Source of the DNA: Candidatus Delongbacteria bacterium
Lineage (GTDB): Bacteria; UBA4055
Direction of reading: 5' to 3'
Assembly: GCA_016937995.1 (NCBI GenBank)
Contig: JAFGVM010000064.1
Span: 27,636 to 91,635 of the forward strand
DNA: 64,000 nt
This document shows, piece by piece, positions 1 to 8,022 of the stretch. The position numbers and the translations under genes are program-made. Position 1 is the stretch's first letter, and every line of letters starts with the position of its first letter. The notes under the pieces are model-generated. The model was not told where the DNA came from. It saw nothing but the letters and a program-made list of their open reading frames with translations, and did not search any database.

Positions 1-1473
1 AATGACAGTTTTGAGGATCATATTCAGGATACTTTGAATGCAGGTGATGAACTGTGTAATCTTAAAGCTGTTGAGATGATAGTAAGAGAGGGACCGAAGG
101 TCATTGATGATCTGCTTGATCTGGGAGCGAAGTTCTCAAAAGAAACAAGCAAAGGTTTCTACTCTCTTCACAAAGAGGGAGGGCACTCTAAAAGCAGAGT
201 ATTCCATTTTAAAGATACTACAGGAAAGGAATTGATAAGAGCACTGACTAAAAGTGTTAAATCCAATCCTAATATCGAGATAATGGAAAATGCAATAAGT
301 ATTGACCTTTTGACTGAACACCAGAAGACAGCTTCATCGGAAGAATCAAAAGGGATAACTTGTTACGGAGCATATGTTCTGGATATAAAGACCGATAAAG
401 TATTAAAGATATTATCAAGATCAACTATTCTGGCAACAGGTGGTTCAGGTCAGGTCTATCAGCACACATCAAATCCTTTACCCGCTACCGGTGACGGTAT
501 CGGAATGGCATACAGAGCCGGTGCGACAATCTCAAATCTTGAATTTTTTCAATTCCATCCCACAACTTTATATACAGGCAAAAGTGAAGAAAGTTCTTTC
601 TTGATTAGTGAGGCAGTGAGGGGTTTTGGAGGAATATTAAAAACAGCTTCAAAGAAAAAATTCATGCACAAATACCATGAGCTGGGGTCACTAGCTCCAA
701 GAGATGTTGTTGCAAGGGGGATCGATGCTGAAATGAAAAAAAGCGGAGATTCTTGTGTTTATATAGATATAACAAATTTCCCGGCAAAGAAAGTCATCAG
801 TTCATTTCCTAATATATACAGCAAGTGCCTTGAGAACGGGATCGATATTACAAAAGAAATGATTCCTGTAGTACCTGCTGCCCATTATCAATGTGGTGGT
901 ATTGAGGCAGATATTAACGGAAAAACAGATATAAGAGGTCTATTTGCTATCGGTGAAGTAGCACAAAATGGAGTTCACGGTGCAAACAGATTAGCATCAA
1001 ACTCTCTTCTTGAAGCACTTGTTTTTGCAAAAAGGTCAGCAAAGAGTTCCGAGCATTATATCAAGAAAACAACTTTGGATTTTACTGGTATTGAGGATTG
1101 GCATTCGGATGCATCTGTTGACAATGAGGAAAAGATCATTATTTCATTCTTGAAGAATAACATCAAGAGTCTTACAAGTAAATTCGTCGGGATCGTAAGA
1201 AGTAAGGCACGTTTGGAAATAGCTACAAAAATGATCGATCTATTGTTGTGGCAGGTTAGGGATTATTACAGGAATACAAAGATAACTAAAGAAACTATTG
1301 AATTACGTAATCTTGCAGATGTTGCAAGTTTACTTGTGCGGTTCGCAAATTTCAGGAAAGAATCCAGGGGTTTGCATTATAACATAGATTATCCTGATAA
1401 AGATAACGTGAACTGGCAGAAAAATACAAGGATACGCAGTTCAGGCAGAACAAGTAAAAAAGATGTGAACTAA
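1..1473 (+). CDS. nadB: L-aspartate oxidase, 5' end outside window
   Basis: Frame is open from base 1 (NDSFEDHIQDTLNAG...). Motifs EGGHS, ILATGG, QFHPT, LISEAVRG, LAPRDVVAR, AHYQCGG, HGANRLASNSLLE and RKESRGLHY. Confidence 0.93.
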   Translation, partial: NDSFEDHIQDTLNAGDELCNLKAVEMIVREGPKVIDDLLDLGAKFSKETSKGFYSLHKEGGHSKSRVFHFKDTTGKELIRALTKSVKSNPNIEIMENAISIDLLTEHQKTASSEESKGITCYGAYVLDIKTDKVLKILSRSTILATGGSGQVYQHTSNPLPATGDGIGMAYRAGATISNLEFFQFHPTTLYTGKSEESSFLISEAVRGFGGILKTASKKKFMHKYHELGSLAPRDVVARGIDAEMKKSGDSCVYIDITNFPAKKVISSFPNIYSKCLENGIDITKEMIPVVPAAHYQCGGIEADINGKTDIRGLFAIGEVAQNGVHGANRLASNSLLEALVFAKRSAKSSEHYIKKTTLDFTGIEDWHSDASVDNEEKIIISFLKNNIKSLTSKFVGIVRSKARLEIATKMIDLLLWQVRDYYRNTKITKETIELRNLADVASLLVRFANFRKESRGLHYNIDYPDKDNVNWQKNTRIRSSGRTSKKDVN

Positions 1474-1484
1474 ATTTTGGGAAG

Positions 1485-2738
1485 ATGTTGAAGAAGTTTT
1501 TGATAATAGTATTATTTTTAACTATCATTGCAAAAGCAGATGATATTTTGATCCCCATGGACTGGGGCCAGAAAGATCATTTAAAAGCTTATGGATTAGC
1601 TTATTGGGCTATTGAAAATGGAGCAAAAGTTGACTGGTTACTAAATTACCGTGGCGGATCTTTCAAAATAGAAGGATATGAGAACGTTATTAATGAGGCA
1701 GTTGTAAGGGGAGTTAGTTACGAATTAATATCTCAAAGTGATTTTGCTGTGATAGCCGGTGAAATACTGGAATCAAATATGGATATTGTCAAACTTGAAA
1801 AAGCTCCCAAGGTCGCAGTCTATACACCTGAAGGGAAATTTCCATGGGATGATGCTGTTACTTTAGCTCTAACTTATGCAGAGATCCCTTATGAGACTCT
1901 GTGGGATAAAGAAGTTCTCAGGGGAGATCTTACAAAGTATGACTGGCTCCACCTTCACCATGAGGATTTTACCGGTCAGTATGGAAAATTTTTCTCAGCT
2001 CACGGCAATGATGAATGGTACAGAGATCAGGTTAGAAGATTTGAAGAACTTGCTCAGCAGCTCGGTTTTTCTAAAGTTTCGAAAGAGAAACTTGCAGTTG
2101 TGATCAAGATAAAACAGTTTGTTATTCAGGGTGGATTTTTATTTGCAATGTGCAGTGCTACCGATACTTATGATATTGCTTTGGCAGCATACAATACGGA
2201 TATCTGCGAAACTGTTTTTGACGGTGATCCTGCTGATCCAAACTGTCAAAGCAAACTGGATTTCTCTCAATGCCTTGCTTTTAAAGATTTTCATCTTGAA
2301 TTGAATCCGTATGTATATGAACATTCTGATATTGATATGTCAAAGGAAATGAGTATGAGCGTTCCGGAAAATATTGATTATTTCACTCTATTTGATTTCT
2401 CCGCAAAATTCGATCCGATAGCTTCTATTTTAACTCAGAATCATACCAGGATATTAAAAGGTTTCATGGGACAGACCACTGCTTTCAGAAGAAACTTGAT
2501 CAAAAAGAATGTTGTCGTTTTAGGAGATGTTAAGAATACTGAGATCGTTAAATATATTTATGCGCCACTTGGACAGGGATTTTTTACTTTCTACGGAGGG
2601 CATGATCCAGAGGATCACAAGCATTATATTATGGATCCTCCTACAGAGCTTGAACTTTATAAGAATTCACCGGGTTACAGGTTGATCTTGAATAATATTT
2701 TATTTCCAGCTACGAATAAGAAGAAGAGAAAAACGTAG
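1485..2738 (+). CDS. Conserved secreted protein with class I glutamine-amidotransferase-like fold (often auto-annotated 'asparagine synthetase B' in FCB bacteria)
   Basis: Signal peptide; WLLNYRGGSF, PWDDAVT, WLHLHHEDFTGQYGKF, nucleophile-elbow-like GGFLFAMCSA, GHDPEDH and SPGYRLILNN. Confidence 0.7.
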   Translation: MLKKFLIIVLFLTIIAKADDILIPMDWGQKDHLKAYGLAYWAIENGAKVDWLLNYRGGSFKIEGYENVINEAVVRGVSYELISQSDFAVIAGEILESNMDIVKLEKAPKVAVYTPEGKFPWDDAVTLALTYAEIPYETLWDKEVLRGDLTKYDWLHLHHEDFTGQYGKFFSAHGNDEWYRDQVRRFEELAQQLGFSKVSKEKLAVVIKIKQFVIQGGFLFAMCSATDTYDIALAAYNTDICETVFDGDPADPNCQSKLDFSQCLAFKDFHLELNPYVYEHSDIDMSKEMSMSVPENIDYFTLFDFSAKFDPIASILTQNHTRILKGFMGQTTAFRRNLIKKNVVVLGDVKNTEIVKYIYAPLGQGFFTFYGGHDPEDHKHYIMDPPTELELYKNSPGYRLILNNILFPATNKKKRKT

Positions 2739-2764
2739 AGGGTTATGGGTCTTGGGTTTTGAGT
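2739..2764 (+). repeat. Degenerate heptamer tract directly after stop codon
   Basis: agggtta-tgggtct-tgggttt-tgagt follows the TAG. Confidence 0.45.
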
Positions 2765-2793
2765 GATCATGATTAGTTTTTTAAGAGGAATGT

Positions 2794-4242
2794 ATGTTCT
2801 TTAATTCAATAGATTTTGCCATATTTTTACCAATAGTATTTATTTTCTACTGGTTCGTGTTTCAAAAAAATCTGAAAGCTCAGAATTTCTTTATTTTAAC
2901 AGCAAGCTATATATTCTACGGCTGGTGGGACTGGCGTTTTCTTTCTCTGATATTTTTCAGTTCAATAGTTGATTATATAGTTGGTCTTAAGCTGGCAAAG
3001 ACGGATAAAACCGGTCATAGAAAATTTCTATTACTTACGAGTATCACGGTGAATCTCGGGTTTCTCGGATTTTTCAAGTATTACAATTTCTTTGCTGAAA
3101 GTTTTGCAGATGCGTTCACTTTATTCGGTACATCAATTGAACCTTCCAGATTAAATATAATCCTGCCTGTTGGTATAAGTTTTTACACATTTCAGACTTT
3201 AAGTTACTCGATAGATGTCTATAAAAGGAAACTTGAGCCTACCAAGGATATCATAGCATTTTTCAGCTTTGTCAGTTTCTTCCCGCAACTCGTTGCCGGT
3301 CCTATTGAAAGAGCGACTCATCTTTTACCTCAGTTCTATGTAAAACGAAAGTTTGACTACGATAAAGCTATAAACGGTTCAAGACAGATACTCTGGGGTC
3401 TTTTTAAGAAGATCGTTATTGCAGATAATTGTGCAAAATATGCAAACCTGATGTTCAATGATCCTGCAGATAAACCCGGCAGTGCACTGGTACTAGGAGC
3501 TGTATTCTTTGCTTTCCAGATCTACGGGGATTTCTCAGGTTATTCAGATATTGCGATCGGAACTTCGCGATTGTTCGGTTTCGACCTGATGAAGAACTTC
3601 TCATATCCGTATTTCTCGAGAGATATTGCTGAATTCTGGAGAAGATGGCATATTTCACTATCAACATGGTTCAGAGATTACCTGTACATTCCTCTCGGAG
3701 GAAGTAAGGGATCCACTTCGAATAAAGTCAGGAATACATTTATTATTTTCATAGTCAGTGGTTTCTGGCATGGAGCGAACTGGACTTTCATTGCATGGGG
3801 AACTTTGAACGCTATATATTTTCTTCCTCTGCTGTTATCCAACCGTAACAGAAGGAATATCGGAACAGTAGCAGAGAATACCATATTTCCTTCACTCAGA
3901 GAAACTTTAAGTATCTTATCAACTTTTGCATTAACGACTTTTGCATGGATATTTTTCAGAGCTGAGAGCATGAAACATGCTTTTGAGTATATTGCAGGGA
4001 TATTCTCAATATCTTTATTTGCGAACCCGGATCTGCCAGCCAAAGCTTATCAAAGCATAAGACTGATAATTCTGTTTATTATCATTGAGTGGATAGGGAG
4101 GAAGCAGGAGTTCGCTATAGAGGAGCTAAAGCTTTACAATTATAAAGTTCCAAAATGGATATTTTACTATGCTATAGTAATGGTGATCTACATCTGGGGA
4201 AATTATTCCGAGACAATAGAATTTATTTATTTCCAGTTCTGA
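2794..4242 (+). CDS. MBOAT family O-acyltransferase (AlgI/PatA/DltB-like)
   Basis: LPVGISFYTFQ, FFPQLVAGPI, DFSGYSDIAIG, FWRRWHISLS, SGFWHGANWTF (catalytic His) and C-terminal FIYFQF. Confidence 0.93.
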   Translation: MFFNSIDFAIFLPIVFIFYWFVFQKNLKAQNFFILTASYIFYGWWDWRFLSLIFFSSIVDYIVGLKLAKTDKTGHRKFLLLTSITVNLGFLGFFKYYNFFAESFADAFTLFGTSIEPSRLNIILPVGISFYTFQTLSYSIDVYKRKLEPTKDIIAFFSFVSFFPQLVAGPIERATHLLPQFYVKRKFDYDKAINGSRQILWGLFKKIVIADNCAKYANLMFNDPADKPGSALVLGAVFFAFQIYGDFSGYSDIAIGTSRLFGFDLMKNFSYPYFSRDIAEFWRRWHISLSTWFRDYLYIPLGGSKGSTSNKVRNTFIIFIVSGFWHGANWTFIAWGTLNAIYFLPLLLSNRNRRNIGTVAENTIFPSLRETLSILSTFALTTFAWIFFRAESMKHAFEYIAGIFSISLFANPDLPAKAYQSIRLIILFIIIEWIGRKQEFAIEELKLYNYKVPKWIFYYAIVMVIYIWGNYSETIEFIYFQF

Positions 4243-4243
4243 T

Positions 4244-5122
4244 ATGAAAAAATATTTTTTCAAAATAATTATATTTACTCTCGGGGTGATCCTGATCAAC
4301 ACAGTGATATATTTCATTACTGACCGATATTATTTTAAACCCTATGAGAACATTGAAAAGATAAATTCAAACGATACAGTGTTTATACTGGCAGATTCTC
4401 ACGGTGGTCCTCTGAAGCAGAATTTAAGAGAGTTCGGAGTTTACAATTTTTCTATTGGATCTGATTCCTATTTTGATATCTACAGGAAGATAGTATACCT
4501 GAAAAAACATTCTAATATTAAGAAAGTCATTATTACAGCTGATGATCATACTCTGTCAATTTACAGAGAAAGACTGAATAACAAAGACAGGTCAGTTCAT
4601 TTCTTAGAAATAAGCGACAGTGATATTTTACTGGAGGGCCGATTTTCCATTTTCAAGGAAAAGTATTTCAAGAGATATGTTCCGTTGTTCAATCCAAAAA
4701 CGACAGCTATAGTTGGAAGATATTTCAGATCATTGTTCAAAAAGAAGAAGAATACAGTTCTGGACTGGGATACGAATGATAATAAGAAGAAAGAATCTGT
4801 AAAGAGAGCAAAAAGCCAGTTCAGAGGTACAGAGTCATCAACGGAACTCACAGAATGCATTAGAAAAACAGTAGAGCTGTGCAAGTCTTATGATATTGAG
4901 ATAGTTACGATAAAATTCCCTTTAGCTAAGGATTATTTAAGTGAGATCAAAGGTAGAAATTTTGGGGCTGATGAACAATTCAGGGAACTTGGTATTAAGA
5001 CTTACGATTTTACTGAGCTTTACATTAATCATGATGAATATTTTGCAAATCAGGATCATTTGAATGATCTTGGAGGAGAATTATTTGCAAAAGAACTTTT
5101 AAAGATAGTGGAAGCTGACTGA
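4244..5122 (+). CDS. Membrane-anchored SGNH-hydrolase-like acyl-transfer partner (DltD/AlgJ-like)
   Basis: N-terminal TM helix, block I ILADSH, YNFSIGSD and C-terminal NQDHLN; starts 1 nt after the MBOAT stop. Confidence 0.7.
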   Translation: MKKYFFKIIIFTLGVILINTVIYFITDRYYFKPYENIEKINSNDTVFILADSHGGPLKQNLREFGVYNFSIGSDSYFDIYRKIVYLKKHSNIKKVIITADDHTLSIYRERLNNKDRSVHFLEISDSDILLEGRFSIFKEKYFKRYVPLFNPKTTAIVGRYFRSLFKKKKNTVLDWDTNDNKKKESVKRAKSQFRGTESSTELTECIRKTVELCKSYDIEIVTIKFPLAKDYLSEIKGRNFGADEQFRELGIKTYDFTELYINHDEYFANQDHLNDLGGELFAKELLKIVEAD

Positions 5123-6027
5123 TGAAAAATTATCTGACTAAAATATCTTTCTTTGTTCTACCGATACTTTTAACGTTGGTCTTCCTGGAATTTTATATTC
5201 GAAGTAAACCCAATGATTACTCATATAAGAATAAATATCTGACCGAGAATGCTAAAGATATCGAAACTCTGATAATTGGAAGTTCGCATAGTTTTTACGG
5301 TATCGATCCTCAGTATTTTTCAATGAATACTTTTAATGCTGCACATGTAGCTCAATCTCTTAAATGGGATTATTTTATCTTCGACAACTTCAAAGACAGG
5401 ATGACGAATTTAAAATTTCTTATTATTCCCATATCGTATTTTTCTCTGTTCTATGATCTTGAAGGGGGAGATGCTGACTGGAGGATCAAGGATTATAAGA
5501 TATACTATGATGCTGATGGACCCTCATGGAAGTATAATTTTGAGATACTGAACAGAAAGATCGTTCCTTTAGTGATACATGCATACAAACTTTTCTCCGG
5601 AGAAGATCATGGGATAAATTGTACTGATCTTGGTTTCGGGAAAAGGACAGCTTTGGTTGATATAGATATGGATACCTCTGGTAAGACAGCAGCTGAAATA
5701 CATACTGTCGAGAATTTTGATGATTATGATAGTAATATTGAGATATTGGAGAAGTTTATCATTGATTGTAGATCTATGGATGTGAAAGTATTGTTAATAT
5801 CTTTGCCTTCATGGGAGACTTACAGAAAGCATTTGAAAGCTGATCAGTTGAAGAAGACGGTTGATGCTTGTCTGGATCTGAGTGGAAAGTATGATAATGT
5901 TGTATATTATTCTTTTTTTAATGACAGAAGATTTGTTCTGGAAGATTTTGCAAATGCCGATCATCTGAATGATAAAGGAGCTGAAAAAATTTCGCGTCTG
6001 TTAGATGCCCTGATCGTTGCACCGTAG
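5122..6027 (+). CDS. Second SGNH-hydrolase-like acyl-transfer partner
   Basis: N-terminal TM helix, IIGSSH, FNAAH and NADHLN; TGATG overlap with the upstream gene. Confidence 0.72.
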   Translation: MKNYLTKISFFVLPILLTLVFLEFYIRSKPNDYSYKNKYLTENAKDIETLIIGSSHSFYGIDPQYFSMNTFNAAHVAQSLKWDYFIFDNFKDRMTNLKFLIIPISYFSLFYDLEGGDADWRIKDYKIYYDADGPSWKYNFEILNRKIVPLVIHAYKLFSGEDHGINCTDLGFGKRTALVDIDMDTSGKTAAEIHTVENFDDYDSNIEILEKFIIDCRSMDVKVLLISLPSWETYRKHLKADQLKKTVDACLDLSGKYDNVVYYSFFNDRRFVLEDFANADHLNDKGAEKISRLLDALIVAP

Positions 6028-6185
6028 GGTGGTAATTTATTATGCCCTTTTTCATTTATTATCTAGTTATTGTTACATCAGCAGTGTTTTGTTCGACAAC
6101 AATATAATAATTTATCAATTGCTGACCGTTCACTTAATCTATATTACGATAAATCCCTCCTCTAATTTCAAATTTCAAAAAATTC

Positions 6186-6221
6186 TTGACAATGTAAAAT
6201 AATAGTAGTAAATTGCTACTA
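6186..6221 (+). promoter_or_regulatory. Sigma70-type promoter with overlapping palindromic operator (probable TrmB-family autoregulation site)
   Basis: TTGACA(6186)-17 nt-TAAATT(6209); inverted repeat TAGTAG-N7-CTACTA at 6203-6221 covers the -10. Confidence 0.65.
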
Positions 6222-6240
6222 ATAAAATTGTGGAGTCCTC

Positions 6241-7092
6241 ATGACAAATGTAAATGCTTTGAAAAATATGCTGAATGATATTGGGCTTAACGATCTTGAG
6301 ACAACTATATATATATGGTTGCTCGAGCACAGGAAAAGTACAGGTTATAAGATAGCAAGTCAGATAAATAAACCTGTTGCAAATACATATAAAGCTCTTG
6401 GAAGTCTTGAAATTAAAGGAGCAGTTATAAGTGACAAGTCATCAGGAAAAGCGTATTTCGATACAGTGCCTATAGAACAATTTTTGAATAAGATGGAAAA
6501 TGAATTTGCCAATACTCGAAAGAATATTATTGATGAAGTTAAAAAGCTTGATGTTGAGCAGGAATCAGGTGGTATTTATGAATTGAAATCAGTAGAAATG
6601 GTTTATGGAAAAGCTTTCAGTATGATCAAATCAGCAGAAAAATTATTACTAATAGATTGCTTTCCTATTCCTATGCAAAAGATAAAAGGTCATATTAAAA
6701 AAGCAGGTAAAAGAAAGATCGATGTTTATTTGAAGAATTATTGTGCAGAGAAGATCGATAATATCAATCAGATCATGTCAAAGAATACTGAGATACCAAT
6801 TGAAAGTATTTCCGGTCAATGGATGATGGTCCTGAAGGATACTGAAGAATCACTTATTGCTATGTTCAATCAGGACGGGACAGAGCTTAAGCATTGTATC
6901 TGGACTACAAACAAATTTCTTTCATTCGTTCTGTTCAACGGTTCTATCTATGAATTTAATTATACTCAGATCCATAAAAAGTTATTTGATGATCAGGGCA
7001 ACAAGATAGATAGGATAAAGGAAGTTGTTGCAGGTCAGCAGAATATTTTAAAATTACTTCAAACTATAGAAAAAGATGTTCATAAAAAGTAA
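6241..7092 (+). CDS. TrmB family transcriptional regulator
   Basis: N-terminal wHTH (IGLNDLETTIYIWLL...TGYKIA...YKALGSLEIKG) and a C-terminal effector-like domain. Confidence 0.85.
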   Translation: MTNVNALKNMLNDIGLNDLETTIYIWLLEHRKSTGYKIASQINKPVANTYKALGSLEIKGAVISDKSSGKAYFDTVPIEQFLNKMENEFANTRKNIIDEVKKLDVEQESGGIYELKSVEMVYGKAFSMIKSAEKLLLIDCFPIPMQKIKGHIKKAGKRKIDVYLKNYCAEKIDNINQIMSKNTEIPIESISGQWMMVLKDTEESLIAMFNQDGTELKHCIWTTNKFLSFVLFNGSIYEFNYTQIHKKLFDDQGNKIDRIKEVVAGQQNILKLLQTIEKDVHKK

Positions 7093-7110
7093 ATAAAAGG
7101 AGAGATTGTC

Positions 7111-7353
7111 ATGGAAAAAACTATTGCAAGTCTTATCATTGGTAGTGCAATGATCTGGGGTGCAACTATTTTAGCTGTTTCATTTAAGTTGAAAGGGATG
7201 GAAATAAAACCTGATGTTATTCAGGTTATAGGTCTAGCAGCAGGTATGCACCTTATTCTTATCTGGGGACCAGCTGGTGCAATGATCAGAAAGATGAAGC
7301 TCAAAGAGCTAAAAAAAGATAAAGAAAAGGAGGGAAATGATGAAGGATATTAA
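7111..7353 (+). CDS. Small two-TM membrane protein
   Basis: AGGAG RBS, two hydrophobic helices, basic tail; overlaps the next gene. Confidence 0.7.
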   Translation: MEKTIASLIIGSAMIWGATILAVSFKLKGMEIKPDVIQVIGLAAGMHLILIWGPAGAMIRKMKLKELKKDKEKEGNDEGY

Positions 7354-7630
7354 GAGGAATATCATTTTTATACTAGCACTGTCAACTTTCATTTTTATAG
7401 GTTGCGGAAGCAAGGAAACTGGAGCAAAACTGAATTATGAGATCAAAGATGTAAATGGTGTAAAAGTTTATGCGAACAGTAAAGAACCTTCGGTTAACAA
7501 GATCGAAGTTAATTATGTTGAATCTTTCACCATTGCAGGTGATAGTGAGGATGAAGAGAAGAAATTTCAAATCAGGCAACCTATTGTTGATATTGATGAT
7601 AAAGGTAATGTCTATACTAAAGTAATTTAA
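7337..7630 (+). pseudogene. Truncated lipoprotein, N-terminus of a 6-bladed beta-propeller-type protein
   Basis: AGGAGG RBS and lipobox FIGC; the ORF stops within the first blade-like motif (VDIDDKGNVY). Confidence 0.55.
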
Positions 7631-7740
7631 ATAACTACAAATGTCAATCATATAATAGGTTTCATAACTTTTCCTTGATGATCCCGATTTATCGGAGTTT
7701 TAGGCAAGCAAAAGAAATCTAAAAACAAAAACACTATAAA

Positions 7741-7770
7741 AGAGGGGACGGTAAGAAACCGTCCCCTACA
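7741..7770 (-). repeat. GTAG-type REP palindrome
   Basis: Minus strand reads GT-AGGGGACGGT-TTCTT-ACCGTCCCCT; a second copy lies at 13124-13158. Confidence 0.7.
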
Positions 7771-8022
7771 ATTTTTTTTCAATATGTGGAATGATTTCTT
7801 ATTTTTAACACATGGTATTTTCTTGAAACAAATAATCTTAAAACCTCATAGTGAAAGTGCATTTCCTTTCACTCTCCATATCATTCAAAATTTCGAAAAG
7901 TCATTCCTCAAAGATCCGGAAAACTTTTTAAAAGATTATGAGAGATATTATTTTTTATTTTGAAAATAGCATTTATTGCGTTATTTTGTGATTTACACAA
8001 ATAAATATTTCGGGATAAAAAA

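Noticed and set aside
6040..6170. Minus-strand GAGGAGG and a short frame VNGQQLINYY...TITR ending near a hairpin
   Set aside because: No start codon at RBS distance and no recognisable homology; at most a gene remnant.
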